From: Vicugna vicugna
Lineage: Eukaryota
Assembly (NCBI GenBank): GCA_013265495.1
Contig: MU058213.1
Span: 1,054,001 to 1,118,000, forward strand
DNA: 64,000 bases
Reading direction: 5' to 3'
Below are positions 51,861-64,000 of the stretch, piece after piece. A program made the translations under genes and the position numbers. Numbering within the stretch: position 1 is the stretch's first letter; each line of letters opens with the position of its first letter. The notes beneath the pieces are model-generated. The model saw only the letters and a program-made list of their open reading frames with translations. It was not told where the DNA came from and ran no database searches.

Positions 51861-52141
51861 CTAAGGGAAGTAAAACAGCATCATCTAAATGTGAGCAAGT
51901 ACACAATGACTGAATTTTAGAAAGACAGAAGCTGAAATAAAAATATTACTCAGAATGTATGCTTTCAAGAGTATAGGAGTGCATTTACCAGCATCACTTG
52001 AAGTCACATAAGTATCAAACATAAATTTTACTACATAAAAAGATGGATTCAGAAAAATAACATATTATTCAAATAACTTATAGAAAGTAATGGAAAACCT
52101 GATTTACCAAGGACAACTTCAAACTCAGTTCAATAACTTAC

Positions 52142-52344
52142 TGTCGAGGAACTGGCTCCAATATCCATCTTTCTAACAGCAATGCATCTTGCTTAATTGC
52201 AGGATCATTTAGATCAATTCCTTCTGTGGTGGGCCCGTCGTCGCTGTAGCAGCAGTCTGGTAGCAGCATCACTTCCACCATGATTGGAAGGCTGTTCTTC
52301 CACAGCAACGCAACCTCAGACCTGGTTCGTCTGGCTTGGCGACA
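52142..52344 (-). CDS. ATOSA: ATOSA exon (CRQARRTRSEVALLWKNSLPIMVEVMLLPD...LLLERWILEPVPRQ)
   Basis: aag| acceptor, CA|gtaagt donor, 203 nt, open frame. Confidence 0.95.
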
Positions 52345-53309
52345 CTTAGAGAAAATGATGATAAGTGTAACAGCTCAATAGCCCACCCCATTTTACATTT
52401 AAATTTGAAGTATAATTGTGCAGCAGACATCTGTATGAAAATGAGTCACCTATTGCAGGGCTTTGCACAGGCTTGTCTATTTAGGTTTCCTCATTAAATA
52501 ATGGATCAGCACTATAAGCTCCAGAGTACGGGGATTAGGAGTGAACAACAATTATGATGCAAATTTTCTCGGGGGAGGATATCTGTGCTTTATTTTGTAG
52601 AAAAAGAACTGCCGCCATGCACAACGTCTGACAGGCCTCAAGATGGCCCAGCCTTGCCTAGTCTGTTAATTACATCATCATTAATTACAGAGGAAAGATT
52701 CATTGTAAGAGAAAAATATTAAAAACTCATTTTCATTAAACACTCAAACAAGATTTTAAAAATTTACAATTTTGGACTACATTTAAAAAACTAACTGGGA
52801 GAAAAAACCCCTTACAGCAAATTACACACTACATTCCAAAATATTTTTAACAGTATTATACAAAAATATTAATTATAGCAAAAAGTATCCTCCCATTAAA
52901 AAGGGGAGGGAATAAGAGGGAAATTGATTAACATCGGGGAGATCACCATGAACATCAATCTAGTAAATAAACAAGACCACAAAGCCGATGAGCCAGGGCT
53001 GAGTCTAAAAGTAAAGAAAGCTAATTCACAGTACCAAAAATAATCTTAAATCTGGCTTGTGTGGAGGCAGGTAGGAAACTGGCTGCCCACCTGCCTGCTG
53101 ATCAAAAAGCTACCCACTGTGCCTCGTTTAGGAGCCGAAGTTAGTAGCTATCGTTCAAGACTAGGACTTTTTCTTTCTTTTCTTTATGGTTTTGGCTGAT
53201 TTTATACTGAAAAGTGAACATGATAATTGTGATATAACAAAGGTTATGACAGAATTTAAACTAGTTTGTATAAAAGACAGATAGAAAGTATTCAACACAC
53301 AGTTCTCAC

Positions 53310-53494
53310 CTGGGCCAGCTTGTCACTACATTCATGTTTGGTAGTTACTGGGTAACAGGACTGTGCTGGAGGGCAATGGAAACTTTCTGTCCGACCTTTT
53401 ACAGAGCATTCAGGTGTTCGTCCTTCTGTTATTAACAAGGCCAAAGAGACCAGGAACTCCTCTGCATCGTATTCAAAATATTCATCTAGAGTAT
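53310..53494 (-). CDS. ATOSA: FAM214A/ATOSA exon (DTLDEYFEYDAEEFLVSLALLITEGR...SDKLAQ)
   Basis: ccag| acceptor (phase 1), CAG|gtgaga donor, 185 nt. Recognised as the FAM214A N-terminus. The short upstream ATG exon was not found in the window. Confidence 0.95.
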
Positions 53495-54849
53495 CTGGTA
53501 TTAAAAAAAGAAAGAAAGAAAGATAGGTCCTTGCTTTAATATATTCTGGTAATAACTCATTTTTTATGCCTAAAATGGCTAATGTCATAGTCCATATTCA
53601 AGTATATTCATTAACAAAGAGAGAAAAGAGAGTAAAAATGAGGCAATTAGAATACAATAAACTCTTAATTCACAAGGTACACAAAAATCAGATGGTGATA
53701 GACAATTCCAAATTTCAGTTAGGACAAAGCTGGCTAAAATTGTGGCATAAAATTGTTTTTATGTAAACTTCAATGAAAATATCTAAGATTTAGGAAAACA
53801 TTTATAATCTTTCAGATAATTATATTTTTGGATGTCAAATACAATAGTTTTCACACGTAAAACTTTGCCAATAGCCAAAAAGTCAAAATGTTTTATTATG
53901 TCATATATTTTTAGCTAAGATGCTTTATTACTGTTATTAAATATTAGAAAAAAGTGACAGATCCAAATGCATATTTCTCCCTATCTCTCCCTTCTTCCTT
54001 CCTTAACTAGTTCCTTGTTCTTATAGCTCTAATTCTGTGACGTGGACACTCATAGCCACAGGGTCCTTCTCTGCCTTTGTTATATAGTGGTAACAGTTTC
54101 AGAGGAAGAAATTTTATAATTACCCAGCAGGAGATATAGGACTGTATTGCAATATATGAAGTGTGATTTTTTTTTATTACTATGTAGTTCCAAATAATCC
54201 AACCTACAGATGTTTCACTTAGTTGCAATAATTTTTAAATTTTTCACAACTGCTCCAATTTTTAAAATACAGTTAATTTTCAAAACTGTTAACCTGCTAT
54301 TGGTTGGATATGCATGCATGTGTACACACACACATGAAATTCAATTTGTAGTGCAATCTTGAAAAGGTTGCTTTCTCTTATCTCTGCCAATTAAGCAACA
54401 CATATTTTAATTACATTGTGTTAAGTGACAAGGGGACACAAAGTTTTACTGCATGTAGCCTGTAGTCTCAAAGGGTTTATAATTTAGAAATAATTTTAAA
54501 AACAAATAGAACACTGAAGCATATAATAAATGTCAAAGAAGTTCAGATAATAGTGGTAAATTTTGCAAAAGAGGTAGGAGTTGAGCAGAGCCATGAGAAA
54601 GAAAGTGCAATTTGAGTGGAGCACTTGTACAAAGTGTAGAAAAGGCAGGACTGGAACCAGATTGTGAACAGCCTTGAAGGGTATAATGAAGAGTGCCTAT
54701 TTCTAACCTTAGGAAGGCTTTTTAGGAAAAGAAGGAGCCTTGAGAGTCTACTTGATTGAGCTGGTATTTTAAGATCATTCAGCAAAGTTTCCCTAAAATG
54801 ACCATTTTTAACATATAAAATAACAGCCAACTCTTAGTAACAATATCAG

Positions 54850-55045
54850 GCATTGCCAGTTCTCAGCACTTTCTATACATTAACTCATTTACTCCTCAGA
54901 GTACCTCTAGAGAGTGGGGACTATTACCACCATTTTTACACATAACTGAAACACAGAGAGGTTAAATAACTTGCCCAAGATCACTCAGCTAGGAAGCTGC
55001 AAAGTTGCGATTTGAACCTATACAAATCTGGCTCTAGAATCTGTG
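54850..55045 (-). mobile_element. MIR
   Basis: CATTTTTACA...ACTGAAACACAGAGAGGTTAAATAACTTGCCCAAGATCACTCAGCTAG. Confidence 0.8.
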
Positions 55046-57289
55046 TCCTCAATTACCTCATACATGGCTTCTTTCACTGTGGCTATAAATTTTGTCTTTA
55101 TATATACTTTAACATATGTTTGTAAAAATATTAATAAAAATTATATTTAACACATATTATAATAATTCTTTTTTGAATATTTGTGGTATAGGATTTATTT
55201 CCAGGAAAAGGACTCTAATTCATAATAATGTGCCAACTTGGGGGAAGAAAGAGAGGTCTCAACTTTCAACTCTCCTCCAGGAACCAATTAGGTCATAAGC
55301 GAAAGATCTCCTGTGGTCTCCTGAAACCCACTGAATTAAATCATGGTGTCCTTCAGAGGGAAGCAAAATATGTACAAAGAAATTCCTTCCTCTGATGGTT
55401 CTGTGGATTTTCAAGGTGAGCTCAGGCTGGCCATGAACTGGCTACTTGGCGTGATTTTAGCTCCCGGAAAATTTCTCTGGGCTCATCCTTTCCCCTCTCT
55501 CAGTGTGCGCGGTAATCAATCCTGGAGAGCTAAGAATTATGGAAGAGCAGTGGCTCCTAATCTCTGGAATGCTGAGGGATGCCAAGATGTCAACTACTCT
55601 GTGAGTACCAAGAATGGTCCACAGCCTAAGTAATGTCTCATATATATTTGGCACTATTTAAAAATACATAATACATATAATTTGTCTCCAAAGCCCTAGC
55701 AGGAAATGGCTTACTCCCATACTAGAAATTATCAAGTTTCAAGTGATAAAAACTAAACTGTTATGAAAAAGCACTTTTTAATAATTTAGTATTTCACTGG
55801 AATTGGTTGCTTTGGTCATTACCTCTTCAGATAGCAAACTAAAAAAATCTCCAAAGCCATGATTGAAGTCTGCAGTCCTTTGGTTATTTTGCTGAACTTA
55901 GCCAAAGTATTCAATATTAAAATGAAAAAGGTGCAACAAAGATTAGAGATGACAGTAGATACCTATTAGTTATCTATGTAACTATGATATAAGTATTGCA
56001 AGGAATAGTATGGATTATACAATGGTATTATGAAACACATAAAATACTAGCTAAAAGCATGTGACTATGTGATGATGACAACCTTTAGAAACCTGTCAGG
56101 AAAAATTTATGGGTGTCTGAATTTAATAAACGAGAATACTGAAGCATGTAGTCATTAGAATAGCTGCATAGTTAAAATTTCGGTAATTTCAACCTCTAAA
56201 AGTTCTGCCAAAGAGCAGAGTTTACTGTAGTAAAGAATATGACTAAGTAATGGGAAATATCATGTCATGCTAACGAAAATTCATGAGACACAATTTGATA
56301 CTTTGAGGACATGGCTCACTCCAGAAATAAGGTATAATTTTAGGGTCTCTAAAAATAATTTAGTTTAACAAAACAGTTTTCAATCTGGACAAATAGGTGC
56401 TGTAGGCTTACCTACTAGTTATATATTTTAGAAGAGAGAAATTATTTGATGTAAAATATGATTTTGAAGAGAACAGAAAGGAAATTGTAAGTTTTCACAG
56501 GCTATTGATGACAGACCATTAGCGGCTGGGGATTCTAGAGTTCCTCTATCCACAAGGCCTCAGTCTGACCAGGAGCCATGACCAGTCTAGCGGCCCTTTT
56601 AGTGGCACGCTCTTCTGGCTCTGGAGTTCAGCCATCTTAAAGTTCCTCATCTGTTCTGTTCAACAAAAGAGGTGAACAATTTGGCCACTAAGAAAAGCTT
56701 GAAGAGTCAGAATGATCCACAGATGAAACAGACTAACTTGGGAAGTAATTCTTCATCACCAGGGATCTACAAGGACAGACTGATAAACACTTGCCAGGGG
56801 TGTGGTTGAAGGGATTTAGACGCCAAGTAGCTGTATTAGGCTTACAGTGGTTCCTTCCATCTCGAGAGACTATGTATCTCTGCTCTTCAGAGTAGTCCAG
56901 TAAAATTCCAGGGGAGAGGCCAGAACCATCACTTCCTTCTTGGGAGGCCCTAACCAGGTGCCCCTCTGAACCAGTACTCATCATATACACTTATTGATGG
57001 TGTCTCTGGATCTTTGATTTAGAACAAAAACCTAGAATACTTCAACGCTCTGTCTAAAGAAGTGGAGGAAGAATGTCCTCCTCACTGGGCTGCTGTATAT
57101 GCTGTTCAGTTTACTTCTAAGCCTGCCAAGGTAGTAGACTTCACACCCTTCACGATGTGGAATAAAATAGCAAGAGAAGCATGAGAACAACCTGTGGGGC
57201 CGCTAAAAAAAGAGTGTCTCTAAAAATAATGTCCTTTCAACTTTATGGTGGACAATTTGGTAATATGAAATCAAAATTCTCCTTTTATG

Positions 57290-58444
57290 TCTCAAAAATT
57301 TTCTCTTACAAGAAATAAAAACAAGAATAAACAAATGGGACCTAATGAAACTTACAAGCTTCTGCACAGCAAAGGAAACAAGAAGTAAAACAAGAAGAAA
57401 ACCTACAGAATGGGAGAAAATTTTTGCAAATGAAACCGACAAAAGCTTGATCTCCAGAATATATAAGCAGCTCATACGACTCAATAAGAAAAAAACAAAC
57501 AACCCAATCCAAAAATGGGCAGAAGACCTAAACAAGCAATTCTCCAAGGAAGACATACAAATGATCAAAAGGCACATGAAAAAATGCTCAATATCACTAA
57601 TTATCAGAGAAATGCAAATCAAAACTACAACGAGGTATCACCTCGCACCAGTCAGAATGGCCGTCATTCAAAAATCCACAAATGACAAATGCTGGAGAGG
57701 CTGTGGAGAAAGGGGAACCCTCCTACACTGCTGGTGGGAATGCAGTTTGGTGCAGCCACTATGGAAAACAGTGTGGAGATTCCTCAAAAGACTAGGAATA
57801 GACTTACCATATGACCCAGGAATCCCACTCCTGGGCTTGTACCCAGAAGGAAATCTACTTCAGGATGACACCTGCACCCCAATGTTCATAGCAGCACTAT
57901 TTACAATAGCCAAAACATGGAAACAGCCTAAATGTCCATCAACAGGTGACTGGATAAAGAAGACGTGGTATATTTATACAATGGAATACTGCTCAGCCAT
58001 AAAAACCGACAACATAATGCCATTTGCAGCAACATGGATGCTCCTAGAGAATGTCATTCTAAGTGAAGTAAGCCAGAAAGAGAAAGAAAAATACCATATG
58101 AGATCGCTCATATGTGGAATCTAAAAAACAAAAACAAACAAACAAACAAAAACAAAGCATAAATACAGGACAGAAATAGACTCATGGACAGAGAATACAG
58201 ACTTGTGGTTACCAGGGGGGTAGAGGGTGGGAAGGGATAGACTGGGATTTCAAAATTGTAGAATAGATAAACAAGATTACACTGTATAGCACAGGGAAAT
58301 ATACACAAAATGTTATGATAAATCACAGAGAAAAAAATGTGACAATGAGTGTGTATATGTCCATGAATGACTGAAAAATTGTGCTGAACACTGGAATTTG
58401 ACACAACATTGTAAAATGATTATAAATCAATAAAAAATGTTTAA
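57290..58444 (+). mobile_element. Young 5'-truncated L1 with an open ORF2 C-terminus
   Basis: Uninterrupted frame to 58124 containing [26 protein letters not shown](T/C)CTCCTTTTATG at 57273-57289 and 58445-58461. Inserted into an ancient L1 remnant. Confidence 0.95.
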
Positions 58445-58696
58445 AAAATCCTCCTTTTATGACTTTATCCCAAGGAAATAATAGAACAAGTACACAGAGC
58501 TGAATGTAGAAGAATATTTATTAAAATGCTTATAGCAGTTAAAAATAATCAGAATCAACCTAAATGTCCAACAAAAATGGACTTGATAAATAAACTGTGG
58601 TACAGTTTTATCTAAAATAATGATATAGATCTACTTTAGACAAGAAAGGTTATCTACAATGTAAGTGAAAATACAACTCTCAAAAGAAAGAATTGA

Positions 58697-58828
58697 GAGG
58701 GGGGAGGATACGGCTCAAGTGGTAGAGGACATGCTTAGCATGCACAAGGTCCTGGGTTCAATCCCCAGTACGTCCTCTATAAATAAACCTAATTATCTCC
58801 CTCCCCCACCAAAAAACAAACTCAGAAT
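58697..58828 (+). mobile_element. Vic-1-type SINE
   Basis: tRNA-like head. CAAAAGAAAGAAT is duplicated at 58681-58693 and 58829-58841. Confidence 0.88.
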
Positions 58829-59276
58829 CAAAAGAAAGAATGTTATGATCATGTACCTGTAGGATCAAATGCGAACACATGCATAGAAAGATATACAACA
58901 AAATAAACGGATTACATAGTGTCATATATTTTAATTAATTAGAGTTAATGATTTGTGAAACCCCTGCTAAGTAGATCATAGTTTGACTACTTAATAGAGG
59001 AATTTGTGTAGAAATACATAGGTAACAGCATACTGGTTCCGGCATTAAAAAATTGGAACTTAGCAGTTTGAAACACTTTTTTGCTTTGCTTGCTTCTTTT
59101 TTCTTTAAAAATAAACCTCTAAAAAATAATTAGGTAAGAATTAGCATCTCATACCGATAATATGAGAAACATATATAGAAGTAGCTGAGAAAGAATGTTA
59201 AGAATTAGTGGAAGAGGTTATGCTCAAAGAATTGGACTCTCAGTTAATAGAACCAGTATGTAGGTATTAAGACTTG

Positions 59277-60240
59277 ATTTATTCAACATATATGTTTTAT
59301 ACACAAACTGTGTGCCTAGCACTTTCCTAGACACGGGAACTTTGAGCTTATATTGTACCCTGCTTAGAATTCCACCCCTGGGTCAGAGAAAAACAAAAAC
59401 AAATTAGTAAGAAAAAAAACCAGATGGTGCTAAGTACTATGCCATAATTGCAAAAATTGAGAGTTATCATGTGAATGCTTTGTATTGACTGTTCACAGAA
59501 GGCTTTTCTGAGCAGATAACACTTAAACTGAGATCTGAACAAGGAATGAGCCATTTAAAAATTAGGGTTAAGAGCATTCTAAACAGAGGGGTTAAGCTGA
59601 GAAGGAAGAGGTACATGCCCCAGGAACTAAAATAAGGTGAGTAAGGCTGGAATGGCAGTGGCAGAGAAGGAAAGTGGTGGGAAATAAAGTTTAGAATGCT
59701 GGTAAGGGACTATATCATATAGGATTTTGAAGGTAGGGTAAGGAGTTTAGATTTTATCCTAAATGCAATGGGAAGCCATGAGAGGGTTTTAACTAGAGAA
59801 ATGACATGATATGAATTACATTTTTAATTGACTGCCCTGATTGCTATGTTGATAACAGAATAGCAGGGAAAGAATCAGAGTATATTAGTTAGGAGGTTAT
59901 TGTTGCTTTCCAGGATTGCGGATACAGTTTGAGGAATCATTGGCATTTGGATAGAATTAAGAGTCAAGAGTTACCTAGATGCATACATAGGGAATTCAGG
60001 CCAGAGCCCCAGGGCACCCTAACAAGTAGAGATCTGGTAGAAGACGATGAGCCAGCAAAAGGAGCTGTCAAGTATGGTACCATGGAAGCTGTGAGAAAAA
60101 ACAAATGCTTCATGGAGGGCATGACCAATGGTCTCAAACACTAATGAGGTTTAATAAAATATAAACAAAGAAATGACCGTTGGACTTGACAATAAGGAAG
60201 TCTCTGGTGACCTTGACAATAGCAATCTCAGTAGATGGTG
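59277..60240 (-). mobile_element. L2 remnant
   Basis: TTTATTCAACA... start, with GGTAAGGAGTTTAGATTTTATCCTAAATGCAATGGGAAGCCA and GGTGACCTTGAC motifs. Confidence 0.7.
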
Positions 60241-62279
60241 ACGACGGAAGATTACACTGATGATGTGACATACACTGTCAATTATTCTGAAGGGTACAGA
60301 TGACAAATACAAAAGCCTACTTTCCTAGTCCTCTCTTAACACAATGGCAATTCACATTCCACACAGCCCTCTCAATAAAAGCAAGCTAAGTAGTAAATAC
60401 GCAAAATCATCACCCAAATAAAATTGTCTCCAAATCCCCCAAAAAGACCAAAAGACTTCCCTTCTAAGTCTATGGGGTAGAAGATTCTCCCTCTTTATCT
60501 GGTCCTAAAATCCAGTCACTTAATTTGGCTAATTTGTTCTTCAAATTTCTCTTGGAGTTAATTAAACCTTCCACAAAACCTTTTAACCACAAAACAGTTA
60601 CCTGGTTAGGCTCTTATTACTTTACAAATAAATTACTACCCTAGTCTCCTAGCTATGGTCTAGGACTCTAGGCCCTTTTTAATTCATCTTGCACCCTGGT
60701 GCAGATTAATCTTCCTGAAAAGCCATTCTATTACATTCCTTTCAGCTCAAAGTTCTTTTTGTTTGTTTGTTTTACTGGCTCCCTAATTGCCTGTTGAACC
60801 CAGTGTAAACTCCTAAGCCTGGCATTAGGGTCAGGGCCACCACACAGAGCCAGATACTCTGGATGCGCCCTGCCAGATTCTGATGTGAATGTTGCCTCTT
60901 TAAGTTATACACTGAGGTGTCCTTTCTTAAGACCCACCCCTGGGTCTTCATCTCACCTTTTACTGTTCCCCACACGGTCTCCCTCTTCTACCCAAACAGC
61001 TTCCTATACCATGCTCCACTCATTTCCCACCTCAGAACACTGCTTTCTTTTTTATCTATTAAACATTCCTTCCCCCTCTCTATTCCACCAGTCCCAAGCT
61101 TTCTGAAGACCTTTCCTGACTATTTTTCCTACAAAAGAGCCTTTTCCTAACTCATTTTCACACTTATCTTTCACTTACTTTGTGCTTCCCTCCAGAACTT
61201 ACATAAGCCATGTACGCTGTGAATGGTTACTTCATGGTACTGGTGCACAATCCTAGGGTCAAAAATTACCTCCATCTGGGTAAGTATCACTTTATTCCAT
61301 GGAAAGACTGTCCTGCTTAACCTCAGCCAACCCTTTCCCACACTTCAGGCACTTCCACAGTTACACCAACCTACCCATTTCTTTATAAAAATATTCTTAA
61401 TATTTCATGGATGTGTGCCTCCTAACAGGTTAACTTCTACATACAATGAAATATTTTTGGTTTCTCATTTATATGTTCCAATCTCAGAGGTATGTGTTTT
61501 GTGTTTCTGTTTTTAGTGAGAATTTATAAAGGATCTTAGAAATCACATAGCCTAATCTACCTTACTTCCAGATGAATAGAATAAGGCAAAAAAAAACCCA
61601 TCAACTTTCTTGTCCAAAGTTGTATGTACACTGTTGCACACTAAAATCCAGGTTTCTTCATTTCTAGTGCAACTTGATTTATATATCGTAAGAAGTGTTT
61701 AAGTAGAGAATAAAAGATAAAGTTGACTTTTGTGACAAGTGCAAAAAATAGTGGCTGTGGCTTTAAATGAAAAACAATTTTATATGTCATGTTATGTATT
61801 ATTTTATTAATCCTAGTTACACACAAGTATTTTCACTGACAGAACAGTATCTTCCAGTACAAAAATAATCTTTGTTTTTGTTATTGTTAACCAACAACAG
61901 AGTGTAAGCTGAATTTTAAAAAAATCCTCAGCATTCTATTACAAAAAAGGCAAATGACCTGTGAACAAACTTATCACAGACTAACTTTCAAAAGCAACTT
62001 TCTGGACTTCTGTGTGGTTTGTTTAAATTCAACCAAATATTTCTGCTTTATGCCTACATTATACAGTAACCACCAAAATTCAAAATTATGATTAAATCAC
62101 TAAATATTCTGAGATGTCATATGAAAAACTAACTCGTGTATGTTTTTATAATAATCTAGCTCTTTGAAAATTAGCTATAAATTTTAATTGTCACATAATC
62201 ATTATCATCTTGAGTTGTAGAGTGTTTTATCAAGTGCTTCCTCATTTTATTTTTCATGATGTAGCATTAAAACATGAAC

Positions 62280-62600
62280 TCTTAAGGTCTGACAACCAGT
62301 TCTGCCACTTGATAGTTGTTCAGCTTTGTATAATTCATACAACCTCTCTTTCTGTTATTTCTTTTTAACCTATTAAATGCAGATAATAATAGTATCAACC
62401 TTCAGAGGGTAGTTATAAGGACTGAGTTATTATTTGTAAAATTTTTAGATATTGTCTGGCACATGGTGAGCAGCACATTGTTTCTTAAATTTAAAATAAA
62501 AATAAATGCAATGACGTATATCTTTTTCCCATTTTACAGATGAGAAAACTAAGTTAGTCAAATCATTTGCCCAAGGTCACACATATTATCCAGTAAGTAG
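62280..62600. mobile_element. Two adjacent MIR fragments in opposite orientation
   Basis: TTCTGCCACTTGATAGTTG... (plus) followed by CCCATTTTACAGATGAGAAAACT...TTGCCCAAGGTCACAC (minus). Confidence 0.65.
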
Positions 62601-64000
62601 AGAACCACCTCTGAGACTCCCTTCCCACGACCAATAGTTCTTAACAATTCTCAGTTATGAAAGTTCATTCTTATTTTTCATTTCACACAAAAGTAACTCA
62701 TTTTTAGGTTAGTGGTTACCTTACCAACTGAGGGCTTAGATTTCAGAAAGCTCTTCAGATGGACATACCTTAAAGGATTCCTGGTATTAAAACAATCTGG
62801 AAAACTATTCCTTTCTTTCCTTATGTCTCCCTTGTTTAAACCTCTCAACTTAGATATCATGGAAAAGAACTAGATCAGGCAGTTTCAGAAAGAGCAAGAG
62901 GTTATCCCACTTAAAAACATTCTCATAATGTTTGGCAAAACTGGACAACTACATCTGCTTATAAATAAAATACTTCAATGCTCTTTTTGTGAATTCAAAA
63001 CACATATGGTTAATTAAAACCAAGCTTGGTCCCTTTATCATCAAAGAAAAACATGCAGCTTCCATGGGCAAAAAGATAGGGGGGTAAGTTAAAAGGGTTG
63101 GGGGGCCCACCAAGTCTTGGCTTTCATATAGAATTCAGTGATTAAAGAACTCAAAGGAACCTTAAAGGGCATGTGTTTTCATTAATCTATGAAGAAACTG
63201 GACTTTAGAGAACTAAAGTGACAACTCAGGCACACAGAGCACCATAATGGTAAAGTGAGGCCTTAAATCAAGATCTTCAGTGTACGTAAAATGTTAAAAA
63301 TTTGAGGACTTATTTCCAAGTCTCATCCAGTGTGCCTACCTAAACTCTACTCCCCAGTGAAGCCAAATTCAGTCCTGGCTCAGGGAAGTACTGTGGATGG
63401 AGACTCAGCTTCAGATATTTGTTGGTTTAAGATTAAGGCCATTCTTACTGCTCATTTTGTAGCAGTTACCCAAACTCTGAACATTGATTCTGGTCCTTTC
63501 TGTAAAACATCTTGATGCCTAATTTCCAATCTCTGTTCTCCTGTAAATTCTAACTGGACTTTCCAATTTACATGGCTACTATTCTGCAATCCTGCCAGAA
63601 TTTTCTTTGTTTCTCTGCCCATGCAACCATTCTGAACTCTCTTTTGCCACTGAGACATAATGTGCTTATCTACCTCAGGACTGTTTCCTTGATCTATTAT
63701 ATTTGACAGGAATTTGACAGGGATTCCTATATGCCATGGCTACCCAAACTAAACTTGCTACTTTGAAAGTTGCAAAAAGAAGAATTGTGAAGGAGATGGA
63801 AAACACCAAACAGGGAAGGGAAGCAGGGGTTTTGAAAGGTTTAACTGAGGAGTACAATGTTACAAACTGCATACTTTCCAATGGAGAAGTTGAAAATCCG
63901 CCAATCTTTTTCTGGTCCCTGATTTCAATTAAATTTCAAGTCAGGTGGGAAGTAGATGCAGAGGAAAATCCTCTCATAAACTTCATGTGTCCCCACTGCA

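Noticed and set aside
57345..58124. 259-aa ORF as a host gene
   Set aside because: It is the C-terminus of L1 ORF2 in a 5'-truncated insertion with no promoter.
53495..64000. ATOSA start-codon exon
   Set aside because: No sequence encoding the expected MKPDR followed by a phase-1 donor was found, so it presumably lies beyond the window.
1..64000. CRISPR array, operon or other prokaryotic system
   Set aside because: The sequence is intron-containing mammalian DNA with no regularly spaced repeat-spacer structure.

Overview
Mammalian genomic DNA, very probably camelid, judging by six copies of a tRNA-Ala-derived Vic-1-type SINE. It holds two minus-strand genes in tandem. ARPP19 is complete: three coding exons, 112 aa, a CpG-island promoter at about 25.0-26.0 kb and a roughly 4 kb 3'UTR. 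FAM214A/ATOSA contributes 11 coding exons (31756-53494), and its ATG exon appears to lie beyond the window. The rest is intronic or intergenic with L1, SINE, L2, MIR, LTR and DNA-transposon remnants. The most notable observations are: (1) the N-terminal ~210 aa of ATOSA show an ordered motif pattern resembling the ATG13-type HORMA domain; (2) a TSD-flanked three-part insertion of 3'-truncated U6, an L1 3' end and an apparent 3' transduction; (3) a near-perfect 70-bp inverted repeat with a ~930-bp spacer; (4) a GC-AG intron and a NAGNAG acceptor in ATOSA; (5) a possible in-frame ATOSA-ARPP19 read-through junction; (6) nested L1 insertions and a target site hit twice. Family assignments come from recognition and recall, not from database searches.
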